DNA from: Neoconidiobolus thromboides FSU 785
Taxonomy: Eukaryota; Fungi; Entomophthoromycota
Assembly: GCA_025603075.1 (NCBI GenBank)
Contig: MU626294.1
Coordinates: 62,001-126,000 of the forward strand
Direction of reading: 5' to 3'
DNA length: 64,000 nt
The notes beneath the pieces are model-generated. The model had not been told where the DNA came from, ran no database searches, and was given only the letters and a program-made list of their open reading frames with translations. Position numbers and translations under genes: made by a program. Positions 40,025-50,653 of the stretch are shown here, piece by piece; position 1 is the first letter of the stretch; the number at the start of each line of letters is the position of its first letter.

Positions 40025-40129
40025 GACTGGGCATCTTTTTTTGATTTCATTACTTTTCCATTTTTCAAGCGCTATTTTAATGGAAAGATTGTTAGTAAAA
40101 TTTTTAAACAAAAAAATGCATCTCTGAAT
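40025..40129 (+). mobile_element. MITE family A copy 12 (decayed ends)
   Basis: Internal sequence matches the consensus; flanks GACT/GAAT. Confidence 0.78.
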
Positions 40130-40588
40130 AACCTTTTTTAAATTAGATGATAAAAATTCTTAGCAAATTAAAATATAAAATTTTGAATTAATAAAACTGC
40201 AATTAGTTTTATAAACAAGTCAAGTAATTCATTATGTTATAATCAATTATAAAGCTAATAAAGTAGTGCTTTACAAAAAGCAAATAATTATAATAATAAA
40301 TAAAAACTATTATTATATTGCTTGTATTATATAAAAATGGTCAATTATAATTTTAAAAATAACTATTACCTTTTGTATACCTATCAACTTAGTAATATAA
40401 TTATAATATCATTTATTTATTTGATATTAAATCTACAATATTGACTTATAAAACAGTTAATAATAACTGTTTTTTTGATAAAGTTTTATAAATATATATG
40501 GTTATTTACATGTTACAACTTTGATTAATATTAATACATAAGTTATATTAATAAAAGTCTTTTTAATCTGGGGACTTTTATTAATAAT

Positions 40589-40690
40589 ATATAAGGATAT
40601 CTAAATTAGTTTCATCTTTTCATCCAATTTTCAAGTACTTTATACTTCAAAAATAATTTTTTTTATTAAAAAGCAAAAATACATAATACA
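40589..40690 (+). mobile_element. Possible heavily decayed MITE family A copy
   Basis: ATAT-AAGGATAT...GTTTCATC...TCAAGTACT...CAAAAATACAT at the expected spacing, low identity. Confidence 0.35.
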
Positions 40691-41283
40691 GTTTTAAATT
40701 ATTTTATTATAAGTTATACTATAAATTAGCTGAATTTTTATTGAATTTAATAACACAAATATTTGTATAATTTTAAAAAAAAATTAATTATTTATTAAAG
40801 CTATTAATTTAGTTATATTGATTTTACCTTAATATAAATTTTTTTAGCCTAGTTAAAAAGCATTTAAAACAAAATTAAAACTTCAATTTATTATTATTAT
40901 AATTATTCCAGATATACAAATTTTTTTTTAGTTATTCATAAAGTTGGTTATGTATTTAAAAATAAAATTGATAGTTTCGAAATATTATATTTTAATAATA
41001 GTCTTTAACAGCTTATTAAAAATTTTAAAAAATAAAATAATGTTAAGTATAATTTTATTGCCCACTTTTTGATTTTTCTAATTTTTTGTTTTTTTAGCCT
41101 GAGATTTACTTGAGAAAAATACAATAATGTATTTTTTAAATTGCTTTTTAGATTATGCAATATTTGATGCAAAAATTCGAAAATATACTTAAGTTGTTTA
41201 AATTGCTTTTTGTATTATAAACAATGAAATCATAAAAATGTAGATGAGATAAAATACAATTTGAATAAACAATGTAAATCTAG

Positions 41284-41389
41284 ATATGGGGTTGTTTTTT
41301 TTAGTTTCATTATTTTTCCATTTTTTTAAGCGCTATTTGAGTGCAAAGATTGTAGTAAAATTCTCAAACATAAAAACACATCCCCATAT
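41284..41389 (+). mobile_element. MITE family A copy 13
   Basis: Full length, TSD ATAT. Confidence 0.88.
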
Positions 41390-41872
41390 AGTAACTTGTA
41401 TATAGCTGATTTAAAACACTTTTGTAATATTTTTTTGTAATTTAATTATAACCAGTTTCAAAAAAATAAATAAACTTATTAAAGTCGGAAACCACCATAT
41501 ATACTATTAGTCCCCTTTTTTATGCCTTTATGCCTCTATAATATAAGCAAATAATAGTTATATATTAAGGATTTGTTTTTTATATAAATAAGAAGCTAAA
41601 TTTCTATAAAACAACCGATTTTATACTTACACTAAAAAAGGTCTTAAGTAGTTAACCCCTGAAACTTAGTATATTTAGTAAAGTACAAAAATTTATTTAA
41701 AAAAATTTTTATCGTGTTTTATAAACAAGATAAGTTTTAGGAGTAACTACCTGGGATCTCCCTTAATTTATACATATTTATTATTATCAGAATATGAACA
41801 TAATGGTAAGTATGGCTGTTAATTACCTCGTTTAACTTTGCTTAATTTATTTTGCTTTAAAGTTCTATTTTA

Positions 41873-41971
41873 ATGTGGAGATGTGTTTTTTTGGAATTTT
41901 GCTAGCAATTTTCCCGCTCAAACAATGCTTAAAAAATGGAAAAAGTGATAAAGCCAAAAACACCCCCATGT
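41873..41971 (-). mobile_element. MITE family A copy 14
   Basis: Direct flanks ATGT/ATGT. Confidence 0.85.
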
Positions 41972-42224
41972 ACTATAGATAAATAATAAATTAATTTTTA
42001 TAATAGTGCTAATGCTTGTTATCAAGTGTGATATTATTTGGAAAAATTGTAAAGCTTTATCGCTAAGAGAATTATAAAATAAGATTTAATAGTTATCTTT
42101 TATTAAAAGATCATATAATTTAGATATTTATTACTATAATATTATACCTTAAATACTAGCTAACTGCATTTTTTATTTCAACATTTCATAAATCATAATA
42201 AATGCATTATTTTAAAAGACATGA

Positions 42225-42424
42225 TACAATTATTTATGCTCAAATATGCGGTGTTTTCCCGTATTTAAGTTGAACGTAGATTGGGCATTATCAATTTTGT
42301 ATTGCTGAATTTATCTACAATGATTTTTTCTATTTATACATTTTGCAATTACAAATTGAAAATGCTCAATTCTGTTCAACTTAAATGCGAGAAAACACCA
42401 CATATTTGAACATAAACAGCTATA
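42225..42424. mobile_element. Foldback MITE, about 196 bp with ~70-bp TIRs, probably Tc1/mariner-derived
   Basis: Long inverted arms; TA on both flanks; the two ends (CAATTA / rc TAGCTG) reconstruct to CAGCTG. Confidence 0.72.
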
Positions 42425-42630
42425 GTAGCCTGTTATATAAAATAAATAACTTTGATTCTCTTTTTTAAAGCAACTTTTACTAATAGTTGTGTAGTATTTT
42501 TAATGAGAAATTAAGCTTATAAAAAGGTTTCTATTTTTTCAATATTAAAATACTCTTTAACATAGCTTAAAATAATTTAAGGCAAATTACTCTAAAACGA
42601 TTAAAAATTCCAGCTAAATGCTAATCTAAT

Positions 42631-42730
42631 ATATGAGGATGTGTTTTTTTGTTCAAGAATTTTATTAGAATCTTTCCACTCAAATAGTCTTTGAAAAATA
42701 GAAAAGTAATGAAACCAAAAAAAACATTAC
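42631..42730 (-). mobile_element. MITE family A copy 15
   Basis: One terminus decayed; internal match clear. Confidence 0.8.
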
Positions 42731-43299
42731 TTAATTACATTACTTTCTTTACTAACTCTGCCTTATATCGTAATACTTTCGATAATTTTTATATCATAGC
42801 ATAACACAGCTAGAAGACTGATCTTGCTATTTATTACATAACAGCGGTCTATACCTTTTCTAAATAACCTATTCATATATTAAGCTTATATTTAACTTAG
42901 AGTTTACTGTAACTATTTTCTTTTTCAAAAATTATATGAATTTAATTTATAATAAACTTACATTTATTATCAGTTAGATTTTTCCATGATGAAGCATTTT
43001 ACAAAGAGTCTATATTGGAAATCTCCTATGACCTTAGATTACTCACTACACAAGCTGTTTTGCGTTATTAAAAACAATGATCGCTTACTGAATCTTCTTC
43101 ACCTTAAATAGTCATGTTGAGGTTTGTTGATTATATTAAATTGCACTTAAAATGAATTTTAAAAAATAAAGCCTAGTTTTAAAGATTTGATTATTTCAAT
43201 ATAGTTGTAGATATATCTGTAAAACAGATTATAACTATTATTAAAGAAGGATTCATAATTTTTCTAAAACTAAATTATAAGAAATATTTATTAAATTAT

Positions 43300-44202
43300 T
43301 CATAAATTATTACAAAATAAAGATTTGACTTTTTCAATCACTTTTTCAGCTTCATTTGAAATACCTGTATGTAAAAATAAAATAATTGATGAATTGGCAA
43401 CCATACCAATAGCAAAAAAGATAACCGAGATAGAATGCATAATACCAGATTTTTCAATAAAGCTTTCTGTAAAGTAACTAAAAACGCTTTCTAAAAAGGA
43501 AGTGAGTGTTGTACCAAACATACAAATGGTATAAATAATTAATACTGAATGAACTTTTATAAATGCTTTATAATAATTTTTGGATTTCTTTTTTACAAAT
43601 GTAGTTGGATCATAGTTAGTCCCACTAATAATTTTCCATGATCCAATGACTTCTTTAGAGATTTTGGAATAGCAATATAATATAACAACGATTCCAAGAA
43701 GCCAGTTGAATTGTGAAAAGTAAAAAGTGAACGCAGCCAATATATGTTGACGCTTATTTAGCAAACAAACAAAGCCTGAAGGAATAGTTGAAAATTGATG
43801 TTTTATTGCACATGTAATCAACAAAGTTACAAAACAGAATGAATTAAATAGAAACAAAATGATTATACATTTGATCCATTTTGATTTACTAAACTTAGAG
43901 TAACGTTCTAAAGATAATATACTATTAAGTATAATTTCAAAAAAAAGAACTAGATCTACAAAAAAACCACTGAAGGTACAGCCTTCGTTTGTAGCAATAA
44001 ATTCTTTACCAGTAATTTTATTGAAAATAAAAATCACTATTAATATAAATAACGGTATATATTCAACAAATGCAATAGCTAAAATTAGTTGAATATCTTG
44101 TCCTTTATGCTCGATTCTATATGCAAATAGTATTAAAAAGGTGCTAATTATTAAGGCTATAATGGCTAATATGACACTGATTATATAAATAGAGTCAATC
44201 AT
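43300..44202 (-). CDS. Seven-TM class A (rhodopsin-like) GPCR-like protein, single exon
   Basis: Seven hydrophobic segments, TM3 ending ILSLERY (DRY-equivalent), Cys at the start of TM3 and in ECL2 (PSGFVC). Confidence 0.8.
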   Translation of the reverse strand: MIDSIYIISVILAIIALIISTFLILFAYRIEHKGQDIQLILAIAFVEYIPLFILIVIFIFNKITGKEFIATNEGCTFSGFFVDLVLFFEIILNSILSLERYSKFSKSKWIKCIIILFLFNSFCFVTLLITCAIKHQFSTIPSGFVCLLNKRQHILAAFTFYFSQFNWLLGIVVILYCYSKISKEVIGSWKIISGTNYDPTTFVKKKSKNYYKAFIKVHSVLIIYTICMFGTTLTSFLESVFSYFTESFIEKSGIMHSISVIFFAIGMVANSSIILFLHTGISNEAEKVIEKVKSLFCNNL

Positions 44203-45629
44203 TCTCTTCTACTTTAACGTCAATACTTCTGCTATTTAATATATTTTGACTTTTTTGTTTAATTAAGAAGTACACATCATGCTCTTTGTTCTGTATTTAT
44301 ATCCCTTTTTAGTACCTTTATTAGACTAAAATATTATATGTATGCAAATCAAAAGTTGAGTTCAATATATAAATACAATGCTTATTTTATTTTATTAGAA
44401 CCAATTTATTAAAATCAAGTTACAAGTTTTGATCTAAAATGGCAATTACACTCCTTTATTAACAAAGTTTATAGCAACAAATAAATTATACTTTTAAATC
44501 CGGTATTATAAAAAATCAAAACAAATGATATAATTCTTTATTTAAATTAACATTAAATAAATATATATAATATTACTTTTAATATAATTTTTTTGTGTAT
44601 ATTATTAAATTATTTATACATGTCTATGTTTGTTATACCTATTAATGAAATTATAAAACATTTATAAAATCGGTTATAGGTATGTTTTAATCAACATAAC
44701 TCTAAATTTTAGTAATTCAAGTTATTAGTTTAATATTGTTTGCCTTGGAGCATCCGTCACGTTTTATTATAATAACATTTTAAACTTATTCTAATTGGTA
44801 AATTTGTTATATTTTTATAAAATCATTCTATTTTGTTGACAATATTTATTTCAATTAACTGTAAAATTAGTCTAGCTTTTAATAATTATGTTAAAGTCTC
44901 CTTTTACTTTATTTGACTATGTAGTAGAATCAAAAGCTCGAATCAATAATATACATAACTTATTGAGATGTTTTTTATAACTACTATTACTTAATTTTAA
45001 GTACTATTGTTATTTGTCTTATTATTTTATTAATTTAATATAAGATTTTATTATCAATAAATAAATAAATAAATATTTGATATAATAATTGAAGTATACT
45101 ATAACCTTATTACCTTAAAAGTAGTGAGGAATAAAGACAAAAGAATGCATTATAGTTTACTTAAGTTCTGTATTTGATACAATTCATTAAAATTCCAAAC
45201 TAACATTGCTATTTTGTATCTTAATATCAAGGATTAATTTTTTTAATAAAAATAGATATATTAAATAACATCATTATAAATAATTTATATATTTATATAG
45301 CATTCTAATTATCTCTATTAAGGTTTTTCCTTAAAGTTAATTTTATCTTTTTTGGCTTTAATTGCGACCCGAATAATGTCTAAAACCCACCTTAATCTAC
45401 CGATTAGATGATTAATTAATCCCCTAAAAATTCATGTTAGGCTCATTATTATAAAAGAAAGTAGTAGAATTTGAATAGCTGTTTTACACTTGTCTATGCA
45501 GGAGAACACAGTAAAAGATAAGGCTGTTTTTATCAATTTTGAAATCATTACTTAAATTTGAAATCAAAATAAATAATAATTAAAGATAATCGATTTAACG
45601 ACTTCATTTCATATTGAAATAAATTACCT

Positions 45630-45732
45630 ATATGAGGATGTGTTTTTATGTTTAAGAATTTTACTAACAATTTTTCTGCTCAAATAGCACTTAAAACATG
45701 AAAAAAGTGAAGTAAAAAAAACACCCTCATAT
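45630..45732 (-). mobile_element. MITE family A copy 16
   Basis: Full length, TSD ATAT. Confidence 0.88.
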
Positions 45733-45960
45733 CATTCTTCAATATTTGGGTTAAAATTAAACTATTTAAGAAATATTTATTTATTTTATTAATTTACTAC
45801 TAATTTTTCTAAAAGTATTTATTTTTATTTTTATAATAATTTAATCTAAAATCCAATTATAGACCAATAACTCTCTATTTTGATAAGTTATAACAAAACT
45901 TAATTTTAGTTCATAAAGTATAAAAAAAGTAATATGATTTGTTTAAAAATATTTGTTATA

Positions 45961-46066
45961 AATTGGGAGTGTTTTATTTGACTTCATTATTTTTCCACTT
46001 TTTAAGTATTATTTAAGTGGAAAATTTGTTAGTAGAATTCTTAAGCACAAAAATATATCCCCAATT
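45961..46066 (+). mobile_element. MITE family A copy 17
   Basis: Flanks AATT/AATT. Confidence 0.85.
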
Positions 46067-46699
46067 ACTAAGGTATGTTTTATTTGTTTTTATTATAATC
46101 TAAATAAAAGTAATTTAATTTTTAACCTAAGATCAATATAGTAAAACTAATTGAAGAAGTAATAATAAATTTAATAAAGAAACTTTTATCTACTTTGATT
46201 TGTAATATGCCATTATTTTATAAAATTTAAGCTATTTATATTATACATTTTAATTAATATTTTAATAATAAATCTTATTAATGCCCTTGCTTTAAATATC
46301 ATAATATCAAAATAAAATAGATAAAGTATAAAAAAAGCAGGTAATTAGCTGAATAAAATAATAATCGAGTATCCTCTAATATTAATAAAAGATATTTATA
46401 CAAAACTTTATAATTATTAAATAATTTATAAGTTTATAGTTTATTGAAATAATGTCTTTAAAAAAACAGATAAATTAATATTTTATTAATAGTTTCAATA
46501 CTACTGTTTAAAATATAAGACTAATATTAATACTATAAAAATAAATAATCTAAAAAACAAAAATAAATTTCAATTATATATTATTAATGACGTATTTGAT
46601 ATTTTAGTATGCTACTGATTCTAGATAGCAAATAAATGAAACTGCTTATTCCAACTGTCCAATACCTTGTAAGCTTTATTAAAAATACTAGTTTGGTCT

Positions 46700-46795
46700 T
46701 TAAATTCAGTTTTTTTCGCTTCATTACTTTTCATCTTGTAAGCGTTATTTGAGTGAAAATTGTTAGCAAAATTCTTAAATAAAACATCTCTATTT
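46700..46795 (+). mobile_element. MITE family A copy 18 (left end lost)
   Basis: Internal and right-end match; start approximate. Confidence 0.75.
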
Positions 46796-46814
46796 TTAGT
46801 CATTAATAAACTTA

Positions 46815-46919
46815 ATATGGGAGTGTTTTTTTTGGCTTCGTTACTTTTTCCCTTTTAAGCGCTATTTGAGTGGAAAAATTATTAGTAAAATTCTTAAATA
46901 CAAAAATGCATCCCCATAT
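46815..46919 (+). mobile_element. MITE family A copy 19
   Basis: Full length, TSD ATAT, about 20 bp from copy 18. Confidence 0.9.
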
Positions 46920-47825
46920 TTTTATTGATTAATACAGAATTAATAAAAATCTTTAATTAGAAATACAATTTCTATAGTTAAGTGAAATAGGTTTATTAAA
47001 TTTAATAATAAAACTATTAATAAAAAATCAAATTATTAAGTAATTATGACGATAGATTAAAATCATTATTTCATTGAATAAAATATATAAAGTATTTAAA
47101 TACATTTATTGTAATCTAATGTTTTTGTCAAAAACATTTTATAAAATAAATTTTGAAACTTAAACTTATTTTTATTGAATCGAATTTTGTTAAAACTTAG
47201 ATATAAATGCTGATTGTAAAAATTAAAAAGAATCTCAATTTGAAATCAATTCATCAAATAAGCTTTAACAGTTCTTATATTTAACTCATAGCTAATTACT
47301 CAATGTTATAATATTGATTTTATAATGTCAAAATAAACTGATTTTTTTCAGATATTTATTTACTTTAAGCATAAAATCATCGAATTTCTCTATTTAAATT
47401 TCAAACAAGAAACGTCAGCCTTTATGAATAACTTTTTATCTTCACTAAGTTAAAATTTAGTTAATGATTTTATTTCTTATTATGGATAGAGTGTGTCCTT
47501 TTTCTTTATTATTTTTACATAACAAATTCAGTCAAACTACCTCAGTACATTTCATGAAAAAAATAATATCTTTTAATTAAACTTTAAAGCTTTTAATGCC
47601 GATTCAAATTTAACAACTTTCTATCTTATCAAATCATTATTAAGCGTGTGAATGTGAATGTATTTTGAAACATCTTTAAAATCTTAAAAAAGAATAAACA
47701 GTTTACTTTAAAAGGTTAATTCTAATTCAAGTGTAAAAAAAACTAAGTTAGTTTATTTATAAAAGCATAAAAAATAATAGTTATACACAATAAAAAACGA
47801 TAAGGGTTATAAATAAAAATGATAT

Positions 47826-48410
47826 CTACATATCGAATTGACCTTTAAGGATAAGATCTCTCATTGGTGAACGTGAACGATTTTCTTTAGTTGATGAAGT
47901 TTCTCTTAAAAAATCTGCTCGAGTTTTACGCATATTTGGTAAAGTTTTAGAATATTCTTTAGGTTCACGTATACCGAATCCCCATTTTTCAGCAATACCA
48001 GCTGTATTATCATTTCTAGCATCTGATGTACTAAGAGTTCGAGTACGACGAACCAATGGTCTCTCTTCTTTTTCTGGCGAATTAGTTGCCTTTACTTCCT
48101 TAGTTGGCTTATTTGTTTGAAAAAATGGTGTAGCTAAGGAGCTAGCACCAATATTAAGACTCATTCGACGTCCCAAATTAACTGTATTTGGTACATTTTC
48201 TACTTGAGAATTTAATGAGGATGGTGAGGCTGGTGACAATGGTGGTAAACTATTACTTGGCGATGCGGATGGAAATACAGGATGTTTTCCACCACCAAGG
48301 ATACTACCGGATATTGGGGACCAGCTCCCAAATGAGCGGTTAGTTAATTGATTTTTGTTAGTATTGATAGAAATAGGTTTCGAAGGTTTAAAAGATTCAT
48401 TATTAGCCAT
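47826..48410 (-). CDS. Ser/Pro-rich disordered protein, paralogue of 29100-29510
   Basis: Open 194-aa ORF; shared motifs IAEKWGF and RSRSPMRDLILKGQF. Confidence 0.8.
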   Translation of the reverse strand: MANNESFKPSKPISINTNKNQLTNRSFGSWSPISGSILGGGKHPVFPSASPSNSLPPLSPASPSSLNSQVENVPNTVNLGRRMSLNIGASSLATPFFQTNKPTKEVKATNSPEKEERPLVRRTRTLSTSDARNDNTAGIAEKWGFGIREPKEYSKTLPNMRKTRADFLRETSSTKENRSRSPMRDLILKGQFDM

Positions 48411-48977
48411 TTTTTAGAAGAAATGTAGAAAGTATTTAAAAAATTTAATGACTCTATTTATACTTTCTGAACCTTGAATGCATGTGGGGAATTCAATCAA
48501 CAGCTGATCCAAGCTGCCAATCAAATAAATTAAATCGATAGGTTTTACGTAATTTTGTGAAACTGGTTCAATAATGCAGTCACAGTTTGAATGTTCTTTC
48601 TCATTTATTATCAAATCATGCTTAACCTTATTTGAAACAACATTTTTATCTTTTAATGCTAAGCAACTGATTTTTTGTATTATTAACTAGATTTCAATTG
48701 AATTAGACTTTAATTGGTTAACTTTAAATTAAATCATCCACTTAAATTAGGATTTATAAAATTAAAACTGGTTGTTTACCCATTTCTGCCCAACACGCTT
48801 GATTGTATATCCTGATTATTGAATTACAATATATTATTTCAATTACCTGCTTTTAAAGCTAATTATAATAAGAATTAGATAATAGTTATAATAGTTTTAA
48901 AATAAAATTTAATTTATCCTAAATAATGAAAATATTAAAATATTAAATAAAGAGCTACGAAAAGTGATTCAATTTTA

Positions 48978-50078
48978 TTATGAATAATTAGCATAATCTG
49001 AGTAACCAACATATCGTTTTCCATCACTATAATTATAAAGAGAAAAGTAGTCTTTGATTGGTGATAATTCATAATTATTGAAAAAGCGGTTTGGGAGATC
49101 CGGATTAGCAACAAAAGGACGACCATAAACAATAGCGTCTGCCTTATTATCTTCAATGAATTGATTACCTTCTTCAGCAGAGAAACCACCATTAATAAAA
49201 ATCTTAGCATTTTTAATTAATCGAAAAAATGATTCTAGATTTAAATTAATGCCCGATTTATTACTGTCAAAATTGGGATTATAACGTACAAGTTGAATAT
49301 ATCCAATATTACGTTGATCAAGTTGAGTTATTACATAATTATATAACTTATAAGCCTCTTCTTGATTTTTCTCTCCCATATCATTATACCCACCACATGG
49401 ACTTAATTTAATTCCAACTCTACTTGGTGGATAAATTTTAACAAATTCATCAATGATTTCCAATAAAAACTTAGCTCGATTTTCAACATTGCCACCATAT
49501 TCATCTGTACGTTGATTTGAACGTGACTCTAAAAATTGGTGAACTAAAAAGCCACCACTAGCATGTAACTCAATCCCATCAAATCCAGCTTGCTTTGCGT
49601 TAATAGCTGCCTTTTGAAACATTTGTATATAATATTTAGGATTCTCAATAGCTTTAGGAACTGAATACCCTGGCTCATCAATCAACAAACGAAATGAGCC
49701 ACCACTGGCTTTAATAGCTGAAGGAGCTGGTGGAGGTACTCCAGCATTGTGTAATGCATTCGCTGCTCTACCAGCATGCCACAATTGAGCAAATATTTTC
49801 CCATTTCCTTGATGTACACTATCTGTTAACTTTTTCCAGCCATCAATTTGTTCTTGATTCCATATCCCTGGCGCTTCAAGCCATTCTACACCTTGAGGTT
49901 CTATTAATATACTCTCACTCAATATTAATCCAGAAGAGGCACGTTGAGTATAGTAATCGATGTTATCTTGATTTGGGGTTTTACCTCGGTTACGAGTCAT
50001 AGATGCTACAATCACTCTATTGTTTAAAGTTAAATCGCCAAGTTGTAAAGATTGTTGTAAATGCTTGTTGTAGCTCAT
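48978..50078 (-). CDS. Old Yellow Enzyme family FMN oxidoreductase with atypical active site, single exon
   Basis: ASMTRNR, QLWHAGR, GFDGIELH, SNQRTDEYGG, YGRPFVANPDLP; active site reads HASGGF. Confidence 0.92.
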   Translation of the reverse strand: MSYNKHLQQSLQLGDLTLNNRVIVASMTRNRGKTPNQDNIDYYTQRASSGLILSESILIEPQGVEWLEAPGIWNQEQIDGWKKLTDSVHQGNGKIFAQLWHAGRAANALHNAGVPPPAPSAIKASGGSFRLLIDEPGYSVPKAIENPKYYIQMFQKAAINAKQAGFDGIELHASGGFLVHQFLESRSNQRTDEYGGNVENRAKFLLEIIDEFVKIYPPSRVGIKLSPCGGYNDMGEKNQEEAYKLYNYVITQLDQRNIGYIQLVRYNPNFDSNKSGINLNLESFFRLIKNAKIFINGGFSAEEGNQFIEDNKADAIVYGRPFVANPDLPNRFFNNYELSPIKDYFSLYNYSDGKRYVGYSDYANYS

Positions 50079-50653
50079 TGTAGATTTTTTGTGTTATAAT
50101 TTTTTGACTTTTTAATTTATTTCTGTTACATTTATATACTCAAACTGAATCTTGTTCATTTGATTCAACTTTCCTTCTATTCTTCCTTATCTTTTCAGTA
50201 TCTTTTCATTCTTTATTGAAATTTCCTTTGAATTTTTTTGCTTCCATTTAAAATTGCGAACTTCCGAGGAATTCGAATTTTTTTTTGAACAAATACCGAT
50301 TCATTTAAATTTGAACTAATTTGTACTAATTAGTAGTAGTCGTTGGAAAGTAAAAAAATTTCGAATTTTTCAACCAGGATCTTTTGGTGCAAAGAATTTG
50401 TCTTTTAGGCATTGTTGGAATAAATAGATTGCTACTTTAAACAGACGATCAGAATTACACTATTTATTTTCATACAATTTTGGTTTATAATTTTGATCTT
50501 CATATAGTTTTACTTTTAATAACATATCAGTCTTAGAGTAAATCATTAAAAAATCTATCAGCACCATATAAACTTTGAAACAAGCTCCCATAATAATTTC
50601 TAGATAATGATAAAAAATCAAAAAAAAATGGAAAATCAAAGAAAAGATTTAAA

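Larger units (their letters stand above)
38871..40270 (+). repeat. Decayed direct repeat: three copies of a ~140-bp unit (38871, 39219, 39884) plus a second shared block (39672-39740 vs 40195-40265)
   Basis: Aligned by eye: ACTYAGTRRTTRRAGTYAA...TTTTTGYTTRATYRACTRGCYRTARGTCAAAA... Confidence 0.7.

Noticed and set aside
41643-41756. Loose ~25-bp inverted repeat
   Set aside because: Too degenerate to define ends or a TSD; possibly an old foldback
46621-46803. 60-aa track ORF
   Set aside because: Antisense reading of MITE copy 18
13016-46919. CRISPR-like interpretation of the recurring repeat
   Set aside because: Copies are dispersed, in both orientations, with TIRs and TSDs and no regular spacers; eukaryotic context
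50255-50375. GAA/TTC-rich stretch between OYE and TRAP1 as a heat-shock element
   Set aside because: Spacing does not fit contiguous inverted nGAAn units
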